A DNA stretch of 64,000 nt, taken from positions 32,001 to 96,000 of the forward strand of contig JAHLWP010000004.1 of the NCBI GenBank assembly GCA_019057865.1. The letters run 5' to 3'. The number at the start of each line of letters is the position of its first letter. The stretch's first letter is position 1. Position numbers and translations under genes: made by a program. Source of the stretch: Promethearchaeota archaeon. GTDB taxonomy: Archaea; Asgardarchaeota; Lokiarchaeia; Sigyniarchaeales; SOKP01. The notes below the pieces were generated by a model. It worked only from the letters and a program-made list of their open reading frames with translations. It searched no databases and was not told where the DNA came from. Of this stretch, positions 1-9,507 are shown piece after piece.

Positions 1-257
1 CTTTGTCTCTCTCTCTCTCTTGAATTTCGTACTTGTGTTGCTCGTGGTAACATATTATATTCTGCCGTTATCCATCCTGTTCCAGTATCTGCTAAAAACC
101 GTGGAACATAATCCACAACTGAAGCTGTAATAATTATTTTCGTCGCACCTTGAGTAATTAAAACTGATCCTTCTGGGTATTTAAGATAATTCCTTTCTAT
201 CGTTATTTTTCTCATTTCGTCAAATTTCCTTCCATCAAACCTTACTTTTCCAAGCAT
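1..257 (-). CDS. rph: ribonuclease PH, bacterial type (5' part; runs off window edge)
   Basis: Not in the ORF track. Manual translation from ATG at 257: [81 protein letters not shown]; DGR, EGS and GWxTAEYxMLPRAT motifs. Confidence 0.88.
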   Translation of the reverse strand, partial: MLGKVRFDGRKFDEMRKITIERNYLKYPEGSVLITQGATKIIITASVVDYVPRFLADTGTGWITAEYNMLPRATQVRNSRERERQ

Positions 258-405
258 ATGAACCGAACCAGATTTTTCTCAATTGTATTTTCTGTTAAAT
301 CTAACTAATATTAACTATTTTTTATACCTTATTTAAAATAAGTATTATTAATATATTTTTAGGAATGTGAAAATAACATAGTATAAAAAAGCTGAAAATA
401 AACAT

Positions 406-1497
406 TTAAGTCATAGGATATGATCCTAAAATTTTATGCCATATCACAATTGTATTCATGTTTTCTAAAACTTTCTTTACCTTAGGATTATCCTTATCCC
501 CTTCAAAATCCATAATAAAAATATACTCCCAACGGCCTCTTCTACGAGGACGGGACTCAATTTTAAGCAAATTAATTTCTGCATCAGCATAAAGTTTTAA
601 TACTCTGTATAAAGCTCCTGGAATATGTCGGGTAACAAATAATATTGATGTCTTAATTTTGCCTTCTTTTTCAATATTCTCTTTCTTCGAAATTATAAGG
701 AATCTTGTAGAATTTAATAAATTATCCTCGATTTTTGAGTGTAAGATTTTTAAACCGTAAACATCACTGGCAAATTCCGTACCAATCGCGGCATAAGACT
801 CACTATTTAATTCCTTAACTCTACGAACTGCTTCTGCTGTAGAATTAACATCTATTATATCCGCTGTTGGTATATTTGCTTTAATCCAATTTCTTGTTTG
901 AACAAAAGCTTGAGGGTGGGATAAAATAGTTCTAATCCTTGATAAATTGGATCTTTCCAATGAGATTAAATTTTGAATAATCCGAAGCTCAATTTCTCCA
1001 TATATAAAAATATCTTTATCGATTAACAAATCAAGAGTTTCTCTAACTGTACCTTGAAGGCTATTTTCAATAGGAATTACCCCAAATTCTATATTTTCTT
1101 TTTCAATATTTATAAAAATCTCTGATATAGAATTATAGGGAAGAAATTCTGTACCTGCTTTGGGAAAAAATTCAAGAGCAGCTTGATGCGTAAATGTTCC
1201 TTTAGGGCCTAGATATCCGACTTTTGGAATAACCCCTTGAATTGATCTACTGGCACTCAAAATTTCCTTCCATATTGCCTTAACACTTTCTGGTTTTAAT
1301 ATTTTTGATTGAGATTTTATCCTTTCAAGTATCTCTCTTTCTCTTTCGGGCTGAAAAACTTCAAGATTTAACAGTTTTTTGATCTCTCCTATCTTAGAAA
1401 CCGTTATACCTCTTTTATTCAACAGTTCAATTATCTCACTATCAATCTGATCAATTAATTTCCTATATTCTTTTAATTGTTTAGTATTTTCTTCCAT
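406..1497 (-). CDS. pheA: bifunctional chorismate mutase / prephenate dehydratase (P-protein)
   Basis: N-terminal CM domain (RKLIDQIDSEIIELLNKR), YLGPKGTFTHQAA, PIENS, SHPQA, TRF, C-terminal ACT domain with IESRP. Confidence 0.95.
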   Translation of the reverse strand: MEENTKQLKEYRKLIDQIDSEIIELLNKRGITVSKIGEIKKLLNLEVFQPEREREILERIKSQSKILKPESVKAIWKEILSASRSIQGVIPKVGYLGPKGTFTHQAALEFFPKAGTEFLPYNSISEIFINIEKENIEFGVIPIENSLQGTVRETLDLLIDKDIFIYGEIELRIIQNLISLERSNLSRIRTILSHPQAFVQTRNWIKANIPTADIIDVNSTAEAVRRVKELNSESYAAIGTEFASDVYGLKILHSKIEDNLLNSTRFLIISKKENIEKEGKIKTSILFVTRHIPGALYRVLKLYADAEINLLKIESRPRRRGRWEYIFIMDFEGDKDNPKVKKVLENMNTIVIWHKILGSYPMT

Positions 1498-1527
1498 AAT
1501 AATAAATAATAGTTGTTTAAAAATAAA

Positions 1528-3204
1528 TTATAAAAAATCCTGTAGATTTAATTCGAAAGCAGCAACAGGAAACTCTAATTTAAAGTTGAGTAAAACTTCA
1601 GGATGAATTTCGCCTATCTCACCTACTTTACTACCCTTTAAATAAATCTCTCCATAACGACCATCTATATAGCTAAGATTCTTATTAGGTTTTATTTCAA
1701 AATCGTTTTCATATCCAAGTGAGATCATTATAAAGTCTAAAGTAGATCTAATCTCTGTGAAATCAGCTTCATCATGATAGGAAGTAGCAGAAAGATGGAC
1801 TTCTCTTTTAGTACCCGTTTCCTCATCAGGGTCCAATAATATTACATCTCCTACTTCAAAAATCCTTATTGGCTTTTCTTCAGATCTGTTTAATAGTAAA
1901 GTATCCATTAGTTGAGGTAATAATTTCTTCCTCGTTGTATTGTATTCTTTTGAAATTGGATTAGCAATTTCAACTATATTTGTTTTATCATAATTTTGCT
2001 TCATAAGATCATATTGTTTTTCAGAACTTGTTAGGATAAAATTAAGTATTTCTAAATATCCTGCCCCTATCATAATTTTTCTTATTTTACTTGAAAAATC
2101 TTGGATAGGATGATATGCTCCTACACCACCTTCCCTAATTGTAAGTGGTAAATTAAAATATCCATAACCAATAGCACATTCTTCAGTAAAATCTACTGGA
2201 TGCATTATGTCTCCTCGGTATGCCGGAACCCAGATATCTAAGTAGCCATTCTTTTTAGATTTCTTAGCCTCCATTCTAATCTTTTGAAAACATTTTATCA
2301 TTTCTGTCAATGATAATTTTAAGCCAATAACATCATTTATATAACCAGCTTTTACTTCCCATTTTTTGGGATTTAGATTAGGAGTGATAATTTCTTTTCC
2401 TCCTTGATAACTTACTTTTACGCTTTCTATTTTTGCTCCCATATCTAATAACGTTGTTGATAAAATATTCAATGCTAAATTCACTGCTTTAAAATCAGTA
2501 CCAGTTAAATCCAAAAACAAATTTTCTGTATCATCTGTAACAGTAGTAAGTACACCATTTATAATTGGGGGAAATGAAAGAACTTCATCGTTATTATCAA
2601 AAATTATAGGATAAACGTCTTTCCCTTCTAAAATATGGGCATATTCAATACCTTTATCATGCAATAACAAAATCTCTTCCAAATTCATAGGATATCCATC
2701 TCCATGTAGAGGTATGAAACTAACTGAATCTGGCTTTACTGCTGTATACCTATAAGGAGGTATAATTTTATCTAAATCATGAACTCCAATAGCAACCTTT
2801 CTTCTGTCTCTTCCTACTGCCCAATGTAAGTGTTCTTGTATATTCATTAAAGTAGCAACCTCATCCTCATCTAAATCAATATCTCGAATAACTCCGCAAA
2901 CTATATATGGTCTAACTTTTTTTACACTAGGATCTACATTGAGGGTAATTTCTCCTGGTCTAACTTCGTATGAGGGAATTCCTAGTTCGATCTCATAATA
3001 TCCTTTAAGTGCCCTAGCAATTCCCTCCGGACTTGAAAAATCAGGTCTATTGGGATTATATTCTACCTTAACTTTTTGTTCTTCTACGTTAGTATCTTCT
3101 AAATCTAATCCTATCCATTGTAAATCGTATTCTAATTCTTTTAAGTCTAATTTCTTTCCAACTAACCTTTCTAATCTTTCAATTTTTAATTCAATAGTAG
3201 GCAT
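1528..3204 (-). CDS. pheT: phenylalanine--tRNA ligase beta subunit (archaeal type)
   Basis: PNRPD, RRKVAIGVHDLDK, LSFPPIIN, YRGDIMHPVD, GEIHPEVL; 558 aa. Confidence 0.96.
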   Translation of the reverse strand: MPTIELKIERLERLVGKKLDLKELEYDLQWIGLDLEDTNVEEQKVKVEYNPNRPDFSSPEGIARALKGYYEIELGIPSYEVRPGEITLNVDPSVKKVRPYIVCGVIRDIDLDEDEVATLMNIQEHLHWAVGRDRRKVAIGVHDLDKIIPPYRYTAVKPDSVSFIPLHGDGYPMNLEEILLLHDKGIEYAHILEGKDVYPIIFDNNDEVLSFPPIINGVLTTVTDDTENLFLDLTGTDFKAVNLALNILSTTLLDMGAKIESVKVSYQGGKEIITPNLNPKKWEVKAGYINDVIGLKLSLTEMIKCFQKIRMEAKKSKKNGYLDIWVPAYRGDIMHPVDFTEECAIGYGYFNLPLTIREGGVGAYHPIQDFSSKIRKIMIGAGYLEILNFILTSSEKQYDLMKQNYDKTNIVEIANPISKEYNTTRKKLLPQLMDTLLLNRSEEKPIRIFEVGDVILLDPDEETGTKREVHLSATSYHDEADFTEIRSTLDFIMISLGYENDFEIKPNKNLSYIDGRYGEIYLKGSKVGEIGEIHPEVLLNFKLEFPVAAFELNLQDFL

Positions 3205-3213
3205 TTTATCACC

Positions 3214-4755
3214 TCATTTAAGATATGATTGCTTTCTCAACCATTTAATTGGATTAATATAAAAATCTCTAATATCTGTTCGATCATAATATAGCATTGC
3301 AATTCTTTCAAGACCTTGACCCCAAGCTAATACACGTGTAGGCTCTTTAATTCCCCATGGATAGGTAACTTCTGGTCGAAAAATTCCTGAGCCTCCCATT
3401 TCTAACCATTCATCTAATTTATCATAATATACCGAAACTTCCATACTAGGTTCTGTATAAGGAAAGAATCCTGGTCGAGTAACTATCTTCTTAAAACCCA
3501 TTTTTCTATAGAATTCCGATAATAATCCAATTAAATCACATAGAGTAACATTATCATCGATTACAATCCCTTCTACTTGAGTGAATTCTGCTAAATGAGA
3601 TTTATCAAGTTTTTCATTTCGAAATACTCTATCCACACAAAATACTTTTACTGGTACTTTCTCGTTGTTTCTATAAAATTGGGCCAATCTCCTCATAGTT
3701 GTGGCAGTAGTATGGGGTCTTAATACCGTTTTCTTTGCAATGTTTTCATCCCATTCATACCCCCATCCAATAGATCCACTATCACCGCCATTTTCATGAG
3801 TTTTTTTCACAGCCAAAACTCTATCCTTTTCTGGCAACTTTGCGACTTTTGGGTTATTTAAATAAAATGTATCTTGTAATTCTCTTGCAGGGTGATCTTG
3901 TGGTTGAAATAAAGCATCGAAATTGTAAAAAGCACTTTCTATAATTGGACCCCTTATTTCTATAAAACCCATTGATAAAAATATTTCTCTTATTTCATTA
4001 ATTAAATTTACTAATGGATGAATTTTCCCTGCCTTTAATAACGGACCTGGTTTAGTGACATCAAAGGGTTTCAAATTATAATTTTTCCAAGTGCCAGAGC
4101 TTAGCATCTCTGAAGTAATTTTGCTAATTTGCTTCAATTCTTTTATTTCAGAAATTGGGATAGATTTACCTTTTTTTGTTAAATAAATAATTCTTTGAGT
4201 TTTACGAACCTTGTTCATCAATTTCCTTTTGTTTAAAATATCAAATTGCATTAATTCCTCTTTTGATAAAATAGAATAATCGACTATCTCATTACTCTCG
4301 AATTTCTTAAGAAATTTTTCTAATTGTGTTTCAGGAAATTCTTCAGCAATAAGAAAGATTTTATTTTCCCCCGTAGCTTTACTTTGGGCAACCCATTTAT
4401 TTTTTTTTAAATTAGAAATGCCAACATAAAAAAGATTTTCATCTAATTTAGCTTGTCCTCTCAAATCATCTAAGTTAATTTCTTTAATCTCATTTTTTAA
4501 TAATATTTGAAGAATTTGACGTTCTGGTAATCCTTTTTCCAAATAAGTTAACCCTTCTTGACTTAAAGAAACTTGATACATTTCTTCTTCTCTAAATCCT
4601 CCTAAGTTATTATCAATTAAATCATTTATAGCAGACATGAGTACAATATAATCAACATTAAGTTCTTTTGCTAATTTTGATGCCTCTATTTCAATATCTT
4701 TTTCTTGAAGAATTTTCAAAATATTAATAACTTGTTTTTTTAGCTCAATACTCAT
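3214..4755 (-). CDS. pheS: phenylalanine--tRNA ligase alpha subunit (archaeal/eukaryotic type)
   Basis: NFDALFQPQDHPARELQDTF, VFRNE, EFTQVEG, FPYTEPS, GLERIAM. Confidence 0.97.
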   Translation of the reverse strand: MSIELKKQVINILKILQEKDIEIEASKLAKELNVDYIVLMSAINDLIDNNLGGFREEEMYQVSLSQEGLTYLEKGLPERQILQILLKNEIKEINLDDLRGQAKLDENLFYVGISNLKKNKWVAQSKATGENKIFLIAEEFPETQLEKFLKKFESNEIVDYSILSKEELMQFDILNKRKLMNKVRKTQRIIYLTKKGKSIPISEIKELKQISKITSEMLSSGTWKNYNLKPFDVTKPGPLLKAGKIHPLVNLINEIREIFLSMGFIEIRGPIIESAFYNFDALFQPQDHPARELQDTFYLNNPKVAKLPEKDRVLAVKKTHENGGDSGSIGWGYEWDENIAKKTVLRPHTTATTMRRLAQFYRNNEKVPVKVFCVDRVFRNEKLDKSHLAEFTQVEGIVIDDNVTLCDLIGLLSEFYRKMGFKKIVTRPGFFPYTEPSMEVSVYYDKLDEWLEMGGSGIFRPEVTYPWGIKEPTRVLAWGQGLERIAMLYYDRTDIRDFYINPIKWLRKQSYLK

Positions 4756-4932
4756 GGTTCTAAATTAAATTAATTATATTTTTCAGTATATATATTTTAA
4801 ATATTTAATCTATTTAAATCTTTCGTGGAAAAACTCGCTGTAAATCGCTCTATCATGAATTAGAGTAATAATATATAATAAAAAAGATTATATAACACTA
4901 TTTTTTAGTAAAAGTCTGAAAATAATGCCGCA

Positions 4933-4974
4933 GCCAAGGGAATAACATCAAATCTATTTAATTATTACCTTGGC
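4933..4974. promoter_or_regulatory. GC-rich stem-loop upstream of pheS
   Basis: GCCAAGG-g-AATAA (4933-4945) pairs with TTATT-a-CCTTGGC (4962-4974) in an otherwise very AT-rich spacer; function unknown. Confidence 0.4.
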
Positions 4975-5117
4975 AGAATAAAAACATCAAAGAAAAATGA
5001 ATCTTGATTGAGTTTATATTTTATACACATATTATCTATATAAGAACTCATACTTTACTCTACTCAAGTATTCATTTATTTATAATTGAATATATTAATT
5101 CTAACTAAAAAATTTTG

Positions 5118-5558
5118 CTATAAAAGTTTCTCTCTAATAGATGTAGAACTAATTTTTTGGTTATTTTCATCCTTTATTATCGATATAACAATAATTATTA
5201 AAGGTTTAAATCCCTTACTTTCTCTAATCTCGTTAATTTTTACAGCTACTTTATAAGTTTCCTGACTAACGAATATTCCATCATATTCAGGTTCATTGAT
5301 GGGGGGTCCATATATATCATTTAATTCAATGATTTGGACCCTAGTAATGTCTGCTATTGTTTTAATGAAATCTTCTAAATTACGTTTTCTTGTTTCATAA
5401 TTTTCAAGTTTTGAAACTGCCTTTTTGTTCTTTAATAATTTTTCAGTAGTTAAACCTATTACAATATTATTAGAAATAGATAAAGCTGTTTTTATTAAAG
5501 ATTTATGACCCTCATGAAGATGATCAAATGTCCCGCCCATACCGACTTTGTTTAAAAT
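5118..5558 (-). CDS. coaD: phosphopantetheine adenylyltransferase (archaeal type)
   Basis: GGTFDHLHEGH, DIYGP, VSQET, KISSTSIR; start extended from ATG 5540 to ATT 5558 behind an AAGGTG SD (start is inferred). Confidence 0.88.
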   Translation of the reverse strand: MLNKVGMGGTFDHLHEGHKSLIKTALSISNNIVIGLTTEKLLKNKKAVSKLENYETRKRNLEDFIKTIADITRVQIIELNDIYGPPINEPEYDGIFVSQETYKVAVKINEIRESKGFKPLIIIVISIIKDENNQKISSTSIREKLL

Positions 5559-5586
5559 CTGAAAAACACCTTACTAAATTTTAAGG

Positions 5587-6000
5587 TTATTTTTTAATAC
5601 TTGCTTTTTTACTCGGTTCAGAAGTTTTTTTTAATCTTACGGAATAAATTTGTTTTATTTCCATTAAATCAACGCATTTATCGCATTTATCTTTCATTTT
5701 AAATACAAAATCTCCTTTAGCATAATTTCTCACTTTAGTAAGTCCACATAAGTTACATGTTAAAATAGTTAGAGTTTGTCTTAATGGTTCTGAGGGACCT
5801 TTTTGCATTTGCATTAACGTAGATCCTAAACATATTAACATAAAACCAATTGACCATCTTGAAAATTGATCCAGCCCAAAGTCAAGATAGATGAATAATG
5901 CGCCTGCTATAATTAATAAAATTAAAAGAAGATTTTTAAAAAAGCTTTTTAGGGTAACTCCTTTTTTTAATATTTCCTCATCGTCTTCTTCTTCAATCAT
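5587..6000 (-). CDS. two-TM membrane protein with C-terminal zinc ribbon
   Basis: Two hydrophobic segments followed by CNLC...CDKC. Confidence 0.7.
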   Translation of the reverse strand: MIEEEDDEEILKKGVTLKSFFKNLLLILLIIAGALFIYLDFGLDQFSRWSIGFMLICLGSTLMQMQKGPSEPLRQTLTILTCNLCGLTKVRNYAKGDFVFKMKDKCDKCVDLMEIKQIYSVRLKKTSEPSKKASIKK

Positions 6001-6126
6001 AGAAAAAATAGTAACATCTAATTTTCTATTGTTTATAATAGAAAAGAATAAATAAATTTTATTATTATAAAAACATAATAGATTAAAGTTTTCTTTATTA
6101 AGTTAAAGTTTAGGGAAAAGATATTA

Positions 6127-7266
6127 ATGATTTATCAATGGGGTGCCGATCGAGGTACAGATCCGGTTTCTATTATCATAAATTTGCTATTCTTTTTACT
6201 GATCTTTGTTAGTATTTTCTATGGGCAAAAGATACAAAGTTGGAAGGCAGCGAAAGAAATTCAAGTAGGTCTAGATAAACTTAAGAAATGGAACGATGAG
6301 TGTAAAGAGATAATGCTTACTAATTTTAAGGAATTTGCCGATAAAAAACAAACACAAAAAGATCTCATGTTTAAACTTGAAGATTTCATAACATTTGTAA
6401 CAATACCTCCAGTTTCCCTTGATCCTTATGGGATTATACCAAAATTTGATCATGTTGTAGATGTGAGAGATAATCGATTTAAAGAAGAAGTAGGTATATT
6501 AGCTCCTAATGCTGATAGTGTTCAAAGAGCAAATCTAGAAAACTTGTTAGAAGCTGTAATGGCGGTTGATTTTATTTATCGCTTAGTACGACATTATCTT
6601 ATTTTAGGAAAAAAATCAAAATCAATGATTTTATTAATGCAAATTTCAATGCAAATGGGTTTAATTTTAGCAATGGCAAAATCATTCTATTCAGCTGCTA
6701 AAGCATTTTCGGAGGGGAGCCCTATTGGAGATGGTCTTGGTCCTCTTGTTGTAGCTAGTTTTTTAAGAGAAATCTCGAAAGATAACATTGAGGCTCAAGA
6801 AATTGTTAAAGATACTATTGTTCAAGAGCTAAATTTTGAAGATAGAATGATTTATATTGTTCGGGCAAAAGGCCCAGGGGGTACTGTTGGGAAACCAGGA
6901 AAAGTCATTAGAGATCTAGTTAAAAATCACGGAGATTCTATATCTAGAATAATTATGATTGATGCAGGATTAAAACTTAGTGGAGATAAGACAGGATCTA
7001 TAGCAGTTGGAGTAGGGGCTGCTATTGGTGGTTATGGAATTGAAAAACATTACATTGAAGAATCTACTACGGGAAAAGATATTCCAATAGATGCTCTAAT
7101 TTGTAAACAATCTTTAGAAGACGCTATTACTACGATGAAACGCCCGATTACTCAATCAGTACCAAATATCGTAGAAAAAATAAAAATGGCTATACGTAAA
7201 AGAACTGAAAAAGGTACAAAGGTAATAGTGGCAGGGATTGGAAATACTATAGGAATTGGAGTTTAA
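6127..7266 (+). CDS. DUF1512-like archaeal membrane-anchored protein
   Basis: N-terminal TM, LDPYGII, PIGDGLGPLV, GPGGTVGKPG, MIDAGLKL, GIGNTIGIG C-terminus. Confidence 0.75.
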   Translation: MIYQWGADRGTDPVSIIINLLFFLLIFVSIFYGQKIQSWKAAKEIQVGLDKLKKWNDECKEIMLTNFKEFADKKQTQKDLMFKLEDFITFVTIPPVSLDPYGIIPKFDHVVDVRDNRFKEEVGILAPNADSVQRANLENLLEAVMAVDFIYRLVRHYLILGKKSKSMILLMQISMQMGLILAMAKSFYSAAKAFSEGSPIGDGLGPLVVASFLREISKDNIEAQEIVKDTIVQELNFEDRMIYIVRAKGPGGTVGKPGKVIRDLVKNHGDSISRIIMIDAGLKLSGDKTGSIAVGVGAAIGGYGIEKHYIEESTTGKDIPIDALICKQSLEDAITTMKRPITQSVPNIVEKIKMAIRKRTEKGTKVIVAGIGNTIGIGV

Positions 7267-7583
7267 ATGAACTTCCAATTATCTCGTAAATAATTCTATT
7301 TTTTTCATAGAAATTTTTTAAAAAATACTTCTTCTCTTTTAGGATCTTGATTAAAGTATTTTTATTTTTTTATAGGTGAAAATAGAATGTGTTGAGATTT
7401 CTCTAAAAACAAATTTAAAAAGAGCTCTTAATCCTATTAAAAACTTCAAATTATTTGTTCTAATAAAATTCATACTTATTTTGAAAAAAAGAAATAGTTT
7501 TATAATTAAAGGAATAAAATTAATTAATTACTTTAATTCATAAAATAAAAATTAAAAAAGTTGAAATAAATTAAAATTTACTT

Positions 7584-7589
7584 GAGGTG
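7584..7589 (+). promoter_or_regulatory. Shine-Dalgarno GAGGTG of aor
   Basis: GAGGTG 8 nt before in-frame ATT (7598); the same motif precedes pheT and the ABC permease. Confidence 0.7.
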
Positions 7590-7597
7590 TAAATAAT

Positions 7598-9469
7598 ATT
7601 TACGGTTATATGGGAAAGATCTTAAGAGTTGATTTAACTAACGGAAAGATAAGCGAAGAGTTTCCTGATGAGGAAACATTAAAAATGTACTTAGGAGGTG
7701 CTGCACTTTCAACATGGTATCTTTTAAAAGAAACAGAGAAGGGGGTAGATCCATTAGGACCAGAAAATAAGTTAATATTCATGACTGGACCTTTAACAGG
7801 GACTCCATCTCCAAGTACCGGAAGATATAGTGTAGTTGCTAGATCTCCTCTTACTGGTATCTGGGGACAAGCGAATTCAGCTGGTTTTTGGGGCAGAGAT
7901 CTTAAAAGATCTGGTTTTGACGGAGTTATTTTCGAAGGTATCTCTTCAAAACCTGTTTATCTTGTTACTGAGGATGGGAAGGCAGAACTCAGAGATGCTT
8001 CACATTTATGGGGTAAAAATACATCAGAAACTACAAAATTAATTAGAGAAGAACTAGGTGAGAAATTCAATGTAGCCTGTATAGGCATCGGAGGCGAAAA
8101 CCTAGTTAAATATGCTGCAATAATGAATGATTGTGATGAACCTAATTATGGTAGAGCAGCTGGAAGATGTGGGTTAGGCACTGTAATGGGATCTAAAAAA
8201 GTAAAAGCCATTGCATCTAAGGGAAATGCTAAAATTGAAGTAGCAAATCCAGAAGAATATAAAACCGAGGCTAAACAGAGATATGATTGGGTAAATCAAA
8301 GTATGTTAAAAATGACGCTTGAAGTTTTTGGTACGCCTACTATGATTGATTTAGTAAATGTGAAGGGAGGGTTACCAACACGAAATTGGCAAACTGGTGT
8401 CTTTCCAGCTGCAGATAATATAAATGGAACCGCAATTAATGAAAAGATTCTTATTGGCAGAAAACCCTGTTTTGCATGCCCAATCGCTTGTGGAAGAATT
8501 ACTGAAATTAAGGAAGGAAAATATAAGAGTAAAGGTGAAGGTCCTGAATATGAATCATTAGGCGCTTTGGGGACAATGTGTGATGTTGATAATTTAGAAG
8601 CAATTACTTTAGCACATTTTCTTTGTAATGAGTATGGTCTTGATGTAATTTCTGCAGGAAACACTATTGGTTTTGCAATGGAATGCTTTGAGAAAGGAAT
8701 ATTAACTAAGGAAGATACAGATGGGCTTGAATTCAATTTTGGTGATGCTGATCTCATTGTAGATCTTATTCCAAAAATAGGTAAAAGAGAAGGTATTGGA
8801 GATTTATTAGCTGAAGGAACGAGAAACATGGCTAATAAACTTGGAAAAGATTCTATAAGATTTGCTATGCAAGTTAAAGGTTTGGAACTTCCTGCATATG
8901 ATAGTAGAGCAGCTAAAATAACAGGTTTAGCATACGCAACTGCTAATCGTGGAGGTTGCCATATCACAGGATATATAGAAGGTCCCGCTTTTTTAGCCAT
9001 GCCTTTTATGATTGTTGAAGACGCAATGGTTGGAGATTCACTTAAGGAAAATCCTGAAGATACAAGAGTTGTCAAGGATTTTGAAGATGCCTTTGGTATA
9101 TTTGATGCTATAGGAGGTTGTAAATTTATGGGGATGGTCCTAACTTCACAAGATTGGGCATCTTTAATAGAAAAATTATTGGGATATACATTTACAGCTG
9201 AAGACTTCGCTAAAACAGGTGAAAGGCTTTACAATCTTGCACGAGTCTATTGTGTAAGAGAAGGAATTACCAGGGCTGATGACACACTTCCAGCACGTTT
9301 ATTGGAGGAACCCTTACCAGAAGGCCCTGCCAAAGGACATGTGGTAAACTTAGATCCGTTACTAGATGCATATTATGAATACCGCGGTTGGGACAAAGAG
9401 ACTGGTAGACCAACAAAAAAGAAATTAAAAGAACTTGGATTAGAGTGGACAATTAAAGAAATATATTGA
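7598..9469 (+). CDS. aor: tungsten-dependent aldehyde:ferredoxin oxidoreductase family protein
   Basis: (M)YGYMGKILRVDL, DPLGPEN, RAAGRCGLG, CFACPIACGR, EYES, NEYGLD, YYEYRGWD; ATT start at 7598 inferred, first ATG at 7610. Confidence 0.93.
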   Translation: MYGYMGKILRVDLTNGKISEEFPDEETLKMYLGGAALSTWYLLKETEKGVDPLGPENKLIFMTGPLTGTPSPSTGRYSVVARSPLTGIWGQANSAGFWGRDLKRSGFDGVIFEGISSKPVYLVTEDGKAELRDASHLWGKNTSETTKLIREELGEKFNVACIGIGGENLVKYAAIMNDCDEPNYGRAAGRCGLGTVMGSKKVKAIASKGNAKIEVANPEEYKTEAKQRYDWVNQSMLKMTLEVFGTPTMIDLVNVKGGLPTRNWQTGVFPAADNINGTAINEKILIGRKPCFACPIACGRITEIKEGKYKSKGEGPEYESLGALGTMCDVDNLEAITLAHFLCNEYGLDVISAGNTIGFAMECFEKGILTKEDTDGLEFNFGDADLIVDLIPKIGKREGIGDLLAEGTRNMANKLGKDSIRFAMQVKGLELPAYDSRAAKITGLAYATANRGGCHITGYIEGPAFLAMPFMIVEDAMVGDSLKENPEDTRVVKDFEDAFGIFDAIGGCKFMGMVLTSQDWASLIEKLLGYTFTAEDFAKTGERLYNLARVYCVREGITRADDTLPARLLEEPLPEGPAKGHVVNLDPLLDAYYEYRGWDKETGRPTKKKLKELGLEWTIKEIY

Positions 9470-9507
9470 GATTAAAACTATCTCATTATTAAAAAGAGGT
9501 TAGAGCT

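Noticed and set aside
6-20. (CT)n microsatellite
   Set aside because: Simply encodes RERER in RNase PH on the minus strand.
4821-4975. SECIS, T-box, C/D box RNA or tRNA in the pheS upstream region
   Set aside because: No cloverleaf, T-box consensus or properly paired C/D boxes, and no UGA-interrupted selenoprotein gene nearby.
8296-9075. 259-aa antisense ORF inside aor (likewise 13787..14518, 19540..20040 and other shadow ORFs)
   Set aside because: They lie opposite or out of frame within well-supported genes and have no motifs; typical codon-bias shadows.
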